Shown here in pieces: positions 1 to 10,016 of a DNA stretch of 64,000 nucleotides. Under the pieces are notes generated by a model, which searched no databases, was not told the origin of the DNA, and saw only the letters and a program-made list of their open reading frames with translations. The position numbers were made by a program, and so were the translations under genes. Origin of the DNA: Candidatus Falkowbacteria bacterium RIFOXYC2_FULL_36_12 (GTDB lineage Bacteria; Patescibacteriota; Patescibacteriia; UBA11705); contig MFGJ01000001.1 of assembly GCA_001778235.1 (NCBI GenBank), positions 69,302 to 133,301 of the forward strand, read 5' to 3'. How positions within the stretch are numbered: position 1 is the first letter of the stretch; every line of letters begins with the position of its first letter.

Positions 1-287
1 TCAAAACCAAAAAATTTCAACAAGTCGTTTTTTTTCCAACTCAAAACTTGAAAAAATGCTTTTGTTTCAACAATAGCTGTAATCTGTTTGCGACCAATCC
101 AATATGAAGAAAAAACAGCCAACATTAACTTAACAAAAAACAACATACCAGCGACCATCAAAGAACCAACTGGATAATAAATCGTGAAATAAAATCCAGA
201 GAAAAACAATAAGTAGGCGATAACATTCAAAGCCAAATCAGTTTTTTCAAAAAAGATATATACTTTCTTATATTTTTCAAAATCCAT
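1..287 (-). CDS. Partial hypothetical membrane protein (runs off window start)
   Basis: Hand translation from ATG at 287: MDFEKYKKVYIFFEKTDLALNVIAYLLFFSGFYFTIYYPVGSLMVAGMLFFVKLMLAVFSSYW..., open to position 1; preceded by GGAGGG and an upstream TTGACA. Not in ORF track because it is truncated. Confidence 0.6.
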   Translation of the reverse strand, partial: MDFEKYKKVYIFFEKTDLALNVIAYLLFFSGFYFTIYYPVGSLMVAGMLFFVKLMLAVFSSYWIGRKQITAIVETKAFFQVLSWKKNDLLKFFGF

Positions 288-378
288 GGTCCCTCCTGCT
301 TCCTCTTCAGGAACAATTTATTTTTGCATAATTTAAATATCTTGTCAATAAAAAAAGTCAGTAAAATTTTACTGACAA

Positions 379-1995
379 TTATTCATAAAGTTGATGCGCA
401 TCCATCATGTAATCGCAATAATAACAACGATATTGAGTATCTCCATCGCGAACAAATCTAGCTGGGACATGTTCGTGGAATTCTTCACGCGAAATACAGC
501 CTCCAAGTACTTTGCCGTCACGACTGATGATGTTTTTGCACTTTCCTTGACCAGTAATAATGGCTGGGACTCTAACAATATCATGCTTTTCAGTTACAAC
601 GCCCTCAACAATTTTATTGATTGAAGTTGGACGACCATTGGTGAGTCGGCCGGCAACCAAAGAAGCAACTATTTTCTTTTCCTCACCTGTTAAATATCTG
701 TCTTGAACCAAGAGCATGCCTTTGTAGGTGCCAGGATGATTGGTTCGTTCAATTACTCCGCCACGATAAACATCGCCATTTTTTTCTACCTGTAAAAGCC
801 ACATCAGCTTTTGAGGAGTATCAATCGGCAAATGATCAATAACAACACCATTTTTCCGAATTGGTTTGATGTAAAAATCTTTGTCATCTACATCACGGGC
901 GACATATTCTCTTTCCTGCCAATAGACATCTTCTTCAATTACATGACCATTATACAATTCCCCATCAAAATCATCACCAATTAATCCGGACAACATACAT
1001 AAGATAGTAATACGGGTTGGGACCCCAGTACCAGCTTGCTGATAAAACTTGGCTTGTGGTAATCTGGCAACAGCTGGCTCAATCTCTGGATCATGTCTAT
1101 AAATTGGTAGAGGATGTGTTAGAATTGCAGTCGGTTTCATATGTTTGACCAGCTTTTCAGTCACAAAATATAACTTTTTAGTTCGTTCATATTCTGCTAA
1201 TGCCAAATCACCCATTCGTTCGAGTTGAGCCCGTAGAACCATTACCACATCAGCTAGTGACATTAATTCTGGTGTCAAGCCATAATGAACTTCATAAGTA
1301 CTCCCCCTTTCTTCAATTAAACGCAGATAACTCTCGGGCATTTGCATACCTTCAGGAGCAACAAAAACGAAATGTACTCCATCGTGAGAAAAATCTTCAA
1401 CATCTGAATGAGGAACACGACCATAGCGCAAATCATTAACCATCATGATTCTTAACCCTCTTAAACTATATGGATGATCACATTCATCTGTAAGTCTGTT
1501 AAAAAATTTTAGAATAGTGTAACGGTCAACAATGGTTTGAGAGGGATGTTTATGTGTACCATCTCCACCATTAATAATGCCCATAAAATACTGGCCTTGA
1601 TCTTTTAATTTATCCATCTCATCAGCAATAAATCTTGCGGAGCCGTCTAGACGATGCCTGATAACAGCAATGCGAGCTCGATATTCTCTAAACATTCTCA
1701 TTGCATCGTAAAGCGATTCACCTTTAAAAGAATATGAATTGCCTGGAGCAGATGAAACACCGAGTGGCAAAACTCCCATAAGGTGCATGGCAGTAAGGAA
1801 TGATTGTTCAGTACGAGAGCTAGGTTCAAAAAAATTGAGTGACATCATTAGTTTCAAATTTTCAGCCAAAGAATAGGCTCCTTGATCACCGGCTTCAATT
1901 GCTTTATCAAATTCTGCTGATTTTCTCATAATATATTCTACTTCATCTCTTGTCAGCTCATCATTTGAAACAAAATGACGATCCTTGAATTTCAT
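379..1995 (-). CDS. pyrBI: Fused aspartate carbamoyltransferase catalytic/regulatory protein (PyrB-PyrI)
   Basis: ATCase motifs FFEPSSRT, KGESL, IINGGDG..HPSQ, LRAQLER, HPLP; C-terminal PyrI-like IKPIRKNGVVIDHL and Zn cysteines CKN..CIS..RCYYCD. Start moved to ATG 1995 behind GGAGG. Confidence 0.9.
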   Translation of the reverse strand: MKFKDRHFVSNDELTRDEVEYIMRKSAEFDKAIEAGDQGAYSLAENLKLMMSLNFFEPSSRTEQSFLTAMHLMGVLPLGVSSAPGNSYSFKGESLYDAMRMFREYRARIAVIRHRLDGSARFIADEMDKLKDQGQYFMGIINGGDGTHKHPSQTIVDRYTILKFFNRLTDECDHPYSLRGLRIMMVNDLRYGRVPHSDVEDFSHDGVHFVFVAPEGMQMPESYLRLIEERGSTYEVHYGLTPELMSLADVVMVLRAQLERMGDLALAEYERTKKLYFVTEKLVKHMKPTAILTHPLPIYRHDPEIEPAVARLPQAKFYQQAGTGVPTRITILCMLSGLIGDDFDGELYNGHVIEEDVYWQEREYVARDVDDKDFYIKPIRKNGVVIDHLPIDTPQKLMWLLQVEKNGDVYRGGVIERTNHPGTYKGMLLVQDRYLTGEEKKIVASLVAGRLTNGRPTSINKIVEGVVTEKHDIVRVPAIITGQGKCKNIISRDGKVLGGCISREEFHEHVPARFVRDGDTQYRCYYCDYMMDAHQLYE

Positions 1996-2399
1996 TTGTC
2001 CTCCGGCTGGTTGTGGCAATGAAAAGAACAATTAACTGTATAATATCTCAACTGATATTTAAGTCAATGTGGATTTTTTGGAAATTTAGATAAATAAACT
2101 TAGTCTTGCCAAAAGCAATGATATGTGCTAAGATTTAGCTAATCAGACTGGCACTTAATGTCGTGATTTCACGATCTTAAATGCTGGAATAATAAATAAT
2201 TTTTAGATAAGAGAGTTTTAGTTAAATGGTTGATCTGGACAAATTCTAGTTAATTTCTATCTTAGCATTTAAACATCTACCATGAAATTTATTGTAAAAA
2301 TTCAACAAAATTATTCACAAAGACTACAAAAAGTTCTAAAATAATTTTTTATTACAATTTTTTCAACTCTAAAACAACTCTTACTATATAAGTAAGAAT

Positions 2400-3914
2400 A
2401 TGTACTATCTATTAACTGTTATTGGACTGGCTATTGGACTTGCTCTGGGGTATGTAATTAGAAAAACTATTGCCCAAAGTAAAGCAAATTCGATTGAAGC
2501 CAAGACACAGTTGCAACTTGAAGAAGCAAAAAATAAAGAACGAGAAATATTGCTAAAGGCAAAAGATAAATCACTGCAAATTATTGAAGAAGCAAAAAAA
2601 GATGAGGTTTCTAGACGACGAGAACTAAATAATGTGCAGTCAAGGCTCGAAAAACGAGAAGAATTGTTTGACAAAAAATTGCTTGAACTTGAATCAAAAC
2701 AAACAAAAATTCAAGACAGAGCCAAGGAAGTTGAACAAATCAAGGAACAAATTAAAAAAATTAAACAAGACCAACTTAATAAACTGGAAAGAATTGCGGG
2801 GCTTGATAAAGAAAAAGCACTACAGGTATTGCTAGACAATGTTGAAAAAGAAAACGAAGAATCCTTGATGATAAGGATGAAAAAACTCCAGAACGAATCA
2901 GCAACAGAGCTAGAAAGAGAAGCAAAAAAAACTCTGGCAAATGTTATTCAAAGATGCTCTGTAAATCATTCATCTGAAATGACAACCACTACCATTGATC
3001 TACCAAGTGATGAAATGAAAGGTAGAATTATTGGTAGAGAAGGTAGAAATATCAGAGCGATTGAACAATTGACCGGGGTAGAAATCGTTGTAGATGATAC
3101 ACCTAATGTAATTACAATTTCAGGTTTTTCACCGATTCGAAGACATGTAGCAAAAAGAGCCCTGGAAAAATTGATTTTAGACGGCAGAATTCATCCGGCG
3201 AAAATTGAAAGCGCGATTGAAGAAGCGAAAAAAGAATTGGCACTTGAAATCCAAAAAGCTGGAGAAGAAGCTGCCTATGAAGTCGGAATTGCAGGACTTG
3301 ATCCAAAATTAATCCAGATTTTAGGCAGATTAAAATATAGAACCAGTTATGGACAAAATGTACTCCAGCACACGATTGAAGTAACTCACCTAGCAGCATT
3401 GCTGGCTGAACAATTAGGTGCTGATGTAAATGTTTGTCGAAAAGCTGGTCTACTTCACGATATTGGTAAGGCTGTTGATCATGAAATACAGGGAACTCAT
3501 ATTGAAATCGGAGTTGATATTTGTAAAAAATTTGGTATTCCAGAAGATGTTATCAAAGCAGGAATGCAACATCATGATGATAAACCAGAAACTCTAGAAG
3601 GAGTAATCATAAAAACCGCTGATGCAATTTCTGGAGCTCGACCTGGAGCAAGAAAAGATACTTATGAAAGATATTTGCAAAGATTGAACGAATTAGAATC
3701 AATAGCCAAAGGCTTTGAAGGGGTAGAGAAAACTTATGCGATCCAAGCTGGACGAGAAGTAAGAGTATTTGTTAATCCGACTGAAATCTCTGACTTGCAG
3801 GCTGAAAAATTGGCTCAAGCTATTGCTAAGAAAATTGAAGCTGAACTCAAGTACCCAGGTGAAATCAAAGTTGCGGTTATACGAGAAAATAGAATTATAG
3901 AATATGCGAGGTAA
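2400..3914 (+). CDS. rny: Ribonuclease Y
   Basis: N-terminal TM, coiled coil, KH domain (MKGRIIGREGRNIR), HD domain (LLHDIGKA). Confidence 0.97.
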   Translation: MYYLLTVIGLAIGLALGYVIRKTIAQSKANSIEAKTQLQLEEAKNKEREILLKAKDKSLQIIEEAKKDEVSRRRELNNVQSRLEKREELFDKKLLELESKQTKIQDRAKEVEQIKEQIKKIKQDQLNKLERIAGLDKEKALQVLLDNVEKENEESLMIRMKKLQNESATELEREAKKTLANVIQRCSVNHSSEMTTTTIDLPSDEMKGRIIGREGRNIRAIEQLTGVEIVVDDTPNVITISGFSPIRRHVAKRALEKLILDGRIHPAKIESAIEEAKKELALEIQKAGEEAAYEVGIAGLDPKLIQILGRLKYRTSYGQNVLQHTIEVTHLAALLAEQLGADVNVCRKAGLLHDIGKAVDHEIQGTHIEIGVDICKKFGIPEDVIKAGMQHHDDKPETLEGVIIKTADAISGARPGARKDTYERYLQRLNELESIAKGFEGVEKTYAIQAGREVRVFVNPTEISDLQAEKLAQAIAKKIEAELKYPGEIKVAVIRENRIIEYAR

Positions 3915-3920
3915 GTGATA

Positions 3921-3965
3921 ACAGCGAGTACAGCGAGTACAGCAAGTAAAGCGAATACAGTAAGG
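3921..3965 (+). repeat. Degenerate 9-bp tandem repeat (ACAGCGAGT x ~5)
   Basis: acagcgagt acagcgagt acagcaagt aaagcgaat acagtaagg immediately after the rny stop. Confidence 0.7.
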
Positions 3966-4005
3966 GAATATAATTGAAAAAGATCAAGATTCAAATAAAC
4001 AAATT

Positions 4006-4030
4006 AAGCTGGGGTTTTCCAGCTTTTTTT
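4006..4030 (+). terminator. Intrinsic terminator after rny
   Basis: aagctgg-ggtttt-ccagctt followed by T run. Confidence 0.8.
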
Positions 4031-4091
4031 GTTTTGATAAATTAATACTAAACAAAAAAATAGAATACGATGATTCTATTTGTTTTTTTGA

Positions 4092-4493
4092 TTACCGGCT
4101 AAGCAGAAAGCACGCTGGAAAAGTTCGAGTTGTCTTTTGGCGAAGTTGAATATCTTGCCATTCTTTTACTGGCACAAGAACGAATACCACTTCCGTGACA
4201 TTGGCGCGACCTGGACTGGCTCCAAGACAGCATCGCTGAATAAATTTTACTGTTTCCAGATCATCACAATACAACATGAATTGTTGTTTACCCACGATTA
4301 ATGTAAACAGGGCGACAATACAATAGCCTTTGATAGCATCGGCATCAGGTAGCGCTCTTGTAATTTGTCCGTAATAATCTGTTTCTGACTTATTCACACA
4401 ATACATATGATTTAAAAGCGAATACAAAGCTCCGGGAAAAACGACAGGGACATCTTTATGGAGACGAGGATAAGTTTCGACAAAATCAATCAT
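4092..4493 (-). CDS. Hypothetical protein (orphan)
   Basis: 133-aa ORF directly downstream of 4499..4966, GAGAGG upstream, hairpin after stop; no recognisable motif. Confidence 0.6.
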   Translation of the reverse strand: MIDFVETYPRLHKDVPVVFPGALYSLLNHMYCVNKSETDYYGQITRALPDADAIKGYCIVALFTLIVGKQQFMLYCDDLETVKFIQRCCLGASPGRANVTEVVFVLVPVKEWQDIQLRQKTTRTFPACFLLSR

Positions 4494-4498
4494 GACAG

Positions 4499-4966
4499 CT
4501 AGCCTCTTTGCAAGTGCTTGGCTGCTTGACGATCAAGTTCGTGCTCATCAATCTTGAAATACATGGTGACAAAAAAGACTTTTTTATTCGGACTTTCAAG
4601 TTTAACATCAAGCCAAGGAGCAACAATGACTTGGACAGCCCAGTTCCAAGTATTTTCTAGTTTGCGAAATGCATTAATGGCAGTGTCAAAACTGGTGAAA
4701 ATACCTCTTGGATCAATATTATCAATAAATTCGAATGCAAACGAAGCGTCTGGTGAATTAGGCGAACAGGTCTTAGCATATTTCACAAAAAGAGTGCCAG
4801 CAAGAAACTGAATAAAAGTTTCTAGATTGTGGAATAAATGATTTTTTTCACGAAAACCATGTAATTCAATTGGCATTTGTGTCCAAAGCATTTGAGCGAA
4901 TTGATTTAATTCTCGTTCAGCTTGACGACGATAGCCAACAACACTGGTAGCGGTCGGCTGATCCAT
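4499..4966 (-). CDS. Hypothetical protein (orphan; paralog of 5151..5582)
   Basis: 155-aa ORF with TTGACA-17-TATCCT promoter and GAAAGGG; aligns by eye with the next ORF. Confidence 0.7.
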   Translation of the reverse strand: MDQPTATSVVGYRRQAERELNQFAQMLWTQMPIELHGFREKNHLFHNLETFIQFLAGTLFVKYAKTCSPNSPDASFAFEFIDNIDPRGIFTSFDTAINAFRKLENTWNWAVQVIVAPWLDVKLESPNKKVFFVTMYFKIDEHELDRQAAKHLQRG

Positions 4967-5150
4967 GTTTTTTCCCTTTCCGCTTGGTCAAAGGTCAAGA
5001 AACAAGGATATCATTAATTGTCTTTTTTGTCAACAGTAAAGAAAAAACTGCTTTTTTTCTTGGGATGATTAAAAAAATTATGGCAAATATTTGAATTTAT
5101 CACTTTTGAAGTAAAAATTCATAAATAAAAAAGACTTAGAGGTTTCTAAG

Positions 5151-5582
5151 TCAAACTATAAGTCTAAACCTGATTCTCACACATGGTAGAGAATATCTAT
5201 CATGTTGTGATTGATGATGTGATTCAATCGTTACTTGAATACTACAGGCCCAAGCCTGTTTCAAGGCGTCAAATTTTACGATAACATCATTGAAACTGGT
5301 AAACCCTGTTTCTGGGCCAATGTTTTCCGCTTGGATAGAAAGACAAGTTTCACTACTAACCACATCGGATCCTCGGGCAATGTCTCGAAACATTGACTCA
5401 ATCCAGGCTGAAAATTTTTGTTTTGATTGCCAGTAATCACAAGCAAACTGCTGAAGTGATCTAGGAATTTGACCCCATAAGTTGTCAACCAATTGGCTAA
5501 ATTCTTGATTGAACTGTTTTTTTAGACCTTCAACAAAAATAATAAAGGCTCGAGGTGTAATCATTTCTCGGTTGTCTGACAT
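5151..5582 (-). CDS. Hypothetical protein (orphan; paralog of 4499..4966)
   Basis: 143-aa ORF with TTGACA...TGATATGCT promoter, GGGGAGGAG SD, hairpin gacttaga/tctaagtc at the 3' end. Confidence 0.7.
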   Translation of the reverse strand: MSDNREMITPRAFIIFVEGLKKQFNQEFSQLVDNLWGQIPRSLQQFACDYWQSKQKFSAWIESMFRDIARGSDVVSSETCLSIQAENIGPETGFTSFNDVIVKFDALKQAWACSIQVTIESHHQSQHDRYSLPCVRIRFRLIV

Positions 5583-5733
5583 CGTGCTCCTCCCCTTCTA
5601 ATTGATGACTTCAGAGCATATCACAGAATTAAAATTTGTCAATTGGAACACTGATTTGTTATTAAACTATTTGTCCTATTTTACAAAATTTGTTATGATA
5701 ATAATATGATAAATAAATCTAGAATTTTTTCAT

Positions 5734-6540
5734 ATGGCCAGTTTCAATGTGCTAGTAATCGGCGATGTTGTTGGACGACCTGGACGAAAAGCCTTAAAAG
5801 AACTTTTACCAGAACTGAAAGTAAAATATAAACCTGATTTAACAGTTATCAATGGTGAAAATCTGGCTCACGGCTATGGTGTGACTGATGCAATTTTGAA
5901 AGACCTGCAAGAAAGTGGTGTTGATTTCTTTACATCGGGTAATCATATTTTCCAGAACCAGAGAGATCTTAACCAAATATTCAAAAATAACCCAGTTATT
6001 AGACCAGCAAATTATCCGGATGATAAACCGGGTAAAGGCTATAAAATTTTTGATGTTGGTATGGTCAAAGTAATGATTGTTAATTTGCAGGGACAAGTTT
6101 TTTTTCCGCTTGACGAACAAGTCGATAACCCATTTCTGACTTTGGATAAAATATTAAAAGAAGAAAAAGCAGAAAAACCAAAAATTATAATTGTTGACTT
6201 CCACGCTGAAGCAACAAGTGAAAAAAAAGGCTTCGGAGCCTATGCTGATGGAAGAGTAAGTCTGGTTTTTGGGACACATACTCATGTGCAGACTTCGGAT
6301 AATTATATTATGCCAAAAGGCACTGGTTATATTAGTGATATTGGGATGACCGGCATAAAACATTCAAGCCTTGGGATGGATTTTGAAAATGTAATAAGTA
6401 ATTTTGTACATGAAACAACCCTACCAAAACAGATTTCCACAAATGGAAATTGCATTGTTAATGGAATTTTTGCTAAAATAGATGTAGAAAGCGGACAAGC
6501 ATTAGATATTCAGAGAATTGCAGAAGAAGTGGAGGTTTGA
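5734..6540 (+). CDS. ymdB: YmdB-family metallophosphoesterase
   Basis: IGDVVGRPGR, NGEN, TSGNH, DFHAEATSEK, GTHTH, DIGMTG; near rny as in many bacteria. Confidence 0.95.
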   Translation: MASFNVLVIGDVVGRPGRKALKELLPELKVKYKPDLTVINGENLAHGYGVTDAILKDLQESGVDFFTSGNHIFQNQRDLNQIFKNNPVIRPANYPDDKPGKGYKIFDVGMVKVMIVNLQGQVFFPLDEQVDNPFLTLDKILKEEKAEKPKIIIVDFHAEATSEKKGFGAYADGRVSLVFGTHTHVQTSDNYIMPKGTGYISDIGMTGIKHSSLGMDFENVISNFVHETTLPKQISTNGNCIVNGIFAKIDVESGQALDIQRIAEEVEV

Positions 6541-6685
6541 GTCTGGTACAAAAATAGAGAATATTGGATAAAAGATATTAAAGTATAATTTAATAAAGAT
6601 AAACATATTTGAAATAAAATTACGACTGCGATTTTTGGCAAAATATATTTTGTAAAAATTTGTGACTCGTAAAATTAATAAACCT

Positions 6686-7027
6686 ATGAATAAAGCATCT
6701 CTTGCAGCAGCGATTGCTGACCAAGTAGGGGTAACAAAAAAACAAGCGGAAGAAATGATTGACGCAATGGTCGAGATTGTAATCAAACAATTAAAAAATG
6801 GTAATGAAGTAACTATCACAGGATTTGGAAGCTTTTCAGCTTTTGTTCGAAAAGGACGAGAAGGTGTCAACCCACAAAATCCATCAGAAAAAATTACAAT
6901 CAATCCGACAAAAGTTGCAAGATTCAAGCCAGGTAGCAATTTGAAATCGGCAATGAAAGATTCAAAAGTCGAAACTGTATCAGCAATCGGAGGACAAGCA
7001 GATAGTGGTGAAGGTGCACAAGTTTAA
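6686..7027 (+). CDS. hup: DNA-binding protein HU
   Basis: MNKASL.., GFGSF, RKGREGVNPQ, FKPG; short C-terminal extension. Confidence 0.93.
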   Translation: MNKASLAAAIADQVGVTKKQAEEMIDAMVEIVIKQLKNGNEVTITGFGSFSAFVRKGREGVNPQNPSEKITINPTKVARFKPGSNLKSAMKDSKVETVSAIGGQADSGEGAQV

Positions 7028-7115
7028 AACATTGTTCAATAAAAAAATCTCCAGCGATGGAGATTTTTTGACAAATCAAGCAAATATTCGTATAATTTTA
7101 ATATAATTTTCACTA

Positions 7116-7640
7116 ATGAAAAAAAGAAAAATACAAATTGAGCCAGAACTGTGGCAACAACATTTAAGTGAATTAAATGCAGAAGATTCTGCTGATAATT
7201 TTTTTATCAAACAAATAAAATATCCGAGTAAAAGCAAATTTCTTGAGCCAGAGCACGACTATTTTGTTTCGCCTTTTTTATCAGATGAGATTGAAGCAGA
7301 GAATGAAGGACAACTGGCACTTGATGTTTATGAAAAAGATGAACAAATAGTGATTGTTGCGACAATGGCTGGAGCAAATTTGGATGATTTGGAGGTATTG
7401 CTTGAAGGAGATGTATTGACAATAAAAGGTGAACGAAAGAATGAAGAAACCAAGTCTGAATGCGACTATTTTTATAAAGAATGTTATTGGGGAAAATTTT
7501 CCAGATCAATTATATTACCGACAGAAGTCAATGCTGATGATATTGATGCAAAATACAAGAACGGAATTTTGATTATCAAATTAAAAAAAATAATAAAAAA
7601 TATTAGCGTTAAAATAAAAGTTGATGAAATTGAAGAATAA
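7116..7640 (+). CDS. Hsp20/alpha-crystallin small heat shock protein
   Basis: LDVYE, LTIKGER, ECYWGKFSRSIILP, AKYKNGILII. Confidence 0.92.
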   Translation: MKKRKIQIEPELWQQHLSELNAEDSADNFFIKQIKYPSKSKFLEPEHDYFVSPFLSDEIEAENEGQLALDVYEKDEQIVIVATMAGANLDDLEVLLEGDVLTIKGERKNEETKSECDYFYKECYWGKFSRSIILPTEVNADDIDAKYKNGILIIKLKKIIKNISVKIKVDEIEE

Positions 7641-7644
7641 TTAT

Positions 7645-9498
7645 ATGAAAAAAATAAGTATAAATACTTTACCAAAAAATTTAAAGTACTCTCTGATAAT
7701 ATTAGGGGTATTTTTGGTAATACTGTTTATTGTCAATCTGGGTCTGATTGGGTTGGCCCATCTATACAGTGGGAAAATTATGTCAGGAGTAAAAGTAGAT
7801 GACTTAAATCTATCAGGGATGACACCAGAACAAGCTGAACAAATCATCGGAAATAAAATAAGCAAGATCTATGATAGTGGTTTAAAATTCAAATACAATG
7901 AGGTTGAAAAGGACATACCAATAATTGGTGAGAATAATTTAGTTATAATAAATGTCCAAAAAATTATAGCTGAAGCCTATAATACAGGGCGGAATGGGAA
8001 TATTTTCATAAAAAATTTAGACAGACTTCAATTAGTTTTATTTGGTAAAACTGTGCAGGTAAACTATGAGCTAAGTAAAAATAAACTCCAAGAAAATTTA
8101 ATTTATGAATTTGCCGGCTTTGCATCTCCAGCAAAAAATTCCGAACCAATTATTCAAATCACTAATGAAAAAAATAAAAAATATACACTTGATTTTTCAG
8201 AGGAAAGCGCTGGGACAACTTTTAATTTCAATAAATCTTTCCAAGAGGTTGAACAACAGATTTCACAGCTTGAAAATAACCCAATACAATTAGTTCTGAT
8301 TTCCGAGGAACCAACTGTAACAAAAGCAATGGCAGAAAAACAAGAAGATGAAATTAGAGGATTAATTGATAAATTTGAATCATTGACTTTTGACTTCGAA
8401 GATAATAAATATGAAGTCTTGTGGAAAAATTTTATTTATTGGATCATTCTAACAAAACAGGACGATGAGGCTCTAACAACACTAAATCCCGAGATTATAT
8501 CTGGTCAACTTGAGGCTTTTGGTCAGCAGATAGAAAAAGAACCAAGGAATGCTAAATTCCAAATGAAAGATGGCCGAGTAACTGAATTTGAAGCTAGTGA
8601 AACTGGAGTGAAAATATTGAAGGATGAAAGTATTGAAAAAATAAAGGCAGAAATTTTTAAAAATGGAAATTTTGAGATAGAAATAGTGACTGAAAAAACT
8701 GAACCAGCCATTTCAATGGACACAATTAATGATTACGGGATAAAAGAATTAGTTGGTGTTGGGAAATCAAACTTCAGCGGGAGTCCTGCGAACAGAAGAC
8801 ATAATATTGGAGTCGGAGCGGCAGCTTTGAATGGAGTATTAATTGCTCCAGGTGAAGAGTTTTCTCTGGTCAAAGCTCTAGGAAATATTGATGGCTCAAA
8901 TGGCTACTTGCCGGAATTGGTAATTAAGGGCAACAAAACTATTCCTGAATATGGTGGTGGACTATGCCAGGTTGGGACAACAATTTTTAGAGCAGCACTT
9001 GATACAGGGGTAAACATTACTGAAAGAAAAAATCATTCTTACCGAGTATCCTATTATGAACCTGCGGGGACAGATGCAACTATTTACTCACCAAAACCTG
9101 ATTTCCGATTCGTGAATGACACAGCAAAACATATATTAATTCAGACTAAAATTGAAGGCAATGAATTGATTTTTGAAATTTATGGGACTGATGATGGCAG
9201 AACTGTGGAGCAAACATATCCTCAAATTTTCAATATTACCTCACCTGGGCCAACAAAATATATTGACTCTGAAGATTTGGCACCAGGACAAACTAAGTGT
9301 ATTGAAAGTGCTCATGCTGGAGCTGATGCTGTTTTTTATAGAACCATAACTTATGCTACTGGTGAAGAAAAAACCGAGACATACAGAAGTCATTATGTAC
9401 CGTGGCAACAGGTGTGTTTAAGGGGTGTTGATCCAGTGGCAAAAGAAGCTGAAGCTAAAGAAAAAATTGCTGAACAAACACCACCTACAATTGAATAA
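7645..9498 (+). CDS. VanW-family protein with peptidoglycan-binding repeats
   Basis: N-terminal TM; VanW core RRHNI..LNGVLIAPGEEFS, YGGGLCQVGTT, HS.RVSYY, GTDATIY. Confidence 0.9.
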   Translation: MKKISINTLPKNLKYSLIILGVFLVILFIVNLGLIGLAHLYSGKIMSGVKVDDLNLSGMTPEQAEQIIGNKISKIYDSGLKFKYNEVEKDIPIIGENNLVIINVQKIIAEAYNTGRNGNIFIKNLDRLQLVLFGKTVQVNYELSKNKLQENLIYEFAGFASPAKNSEPIIQITNEKNKKYTLDFSEESAGTTFNFNKSFQEVEQQISQLENNPIQLVLISEEPTVTKAMAEKQEDEIRGLIDKFESLTFDFEDNKYEVLWKNFIYWIILTKQDDEALTTLNPEIISGQLEAFGQQIEKEPRNAKFQMKDGRVTEFEASETGVKILKDESIEKIKAEIFKNGNFEIEIVTEKTEPAISMDTINDYGIKELVGVGKSNFSGSPANRRHNIGVGAAALNGVLIAPGEEFSLVKALGNIDGSNGYLPELVIKGNKTIPEYGGGLCQVGTTIFRAALDTGVNITERKNHSYRVSYYEPAGTDATIYSPKPDFRFVNDTAKHILIQTKIEGNELIFEIYGTDDGRTVEQTYPQIFNITSPGPTKYIDSEDLAPGQTKCIESAHAGADAVFYRTITYATGEEKTETYRSHYVPWQQVCLRGVDPVAKEAEAKEKIAEQTPPTIE

Positions 9499-9509
9499 TA
9501 AAATAAAAG

Positions 9510-9681
9510 AAAAAAGTGTGAAAACACTTTTTTTTAAACACAAAACCTGCTATAAAAGGCAGACAAGAAATTTTCATTTAGGATATACCGAGCCGGAGCC
9601 TGGCATTACCTAAAACAAAAATCCCATGCTTGTCGTGTCTGCCTATCAAAACAGGTTTTATAACTAATTCTTGCGAATTAA
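9510..9681 (-). ncRNA. Candidate small structured RNA
   Basis: TTGACA(9716-9711)-17-TATTAT with TG, GCAA-tetraloop hairpin, then ~118-nt bulged hairpin 9542-9659 whose mismatches become G-U only on the minus strand; bidirectional terminator at 9510-9536; no ORF on this strand. Confidence 0.55.
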
Positions 9682-10016
9682 CAGTTAATAATATCATTAA
9701 ATTTTGACATTGTCAATAGAGTTTTTTTCTCTAAAACTAGACAATTTATTTTAGCTTGATTGTCTACTTGTATTATATCATTTAAATCATAACCAGCCAA
9801 ATAACAATATTTAATTTTCTATTCACACTTTATACACAACAAGACATTACTTATATGATTTTATAAGTATTTTTTATAAAGATAGTATTTTTTCTGAATT
9901 TTTAGCCTTTAGAGAAATATTTGAATTTAGACGGAAATAATACTTGATTAAATAAATGTTTATTTTTCTAATATAAAAACCAGCGAAAAGCTGGTTTTTG
10001 AAATTCTTTGAGTAGA

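Noticed and set aside
9819-9838. oriC from two DnaA-box-like 9-mers
   Set aside because: Only one good match in AT-rich DNA; insufficient.
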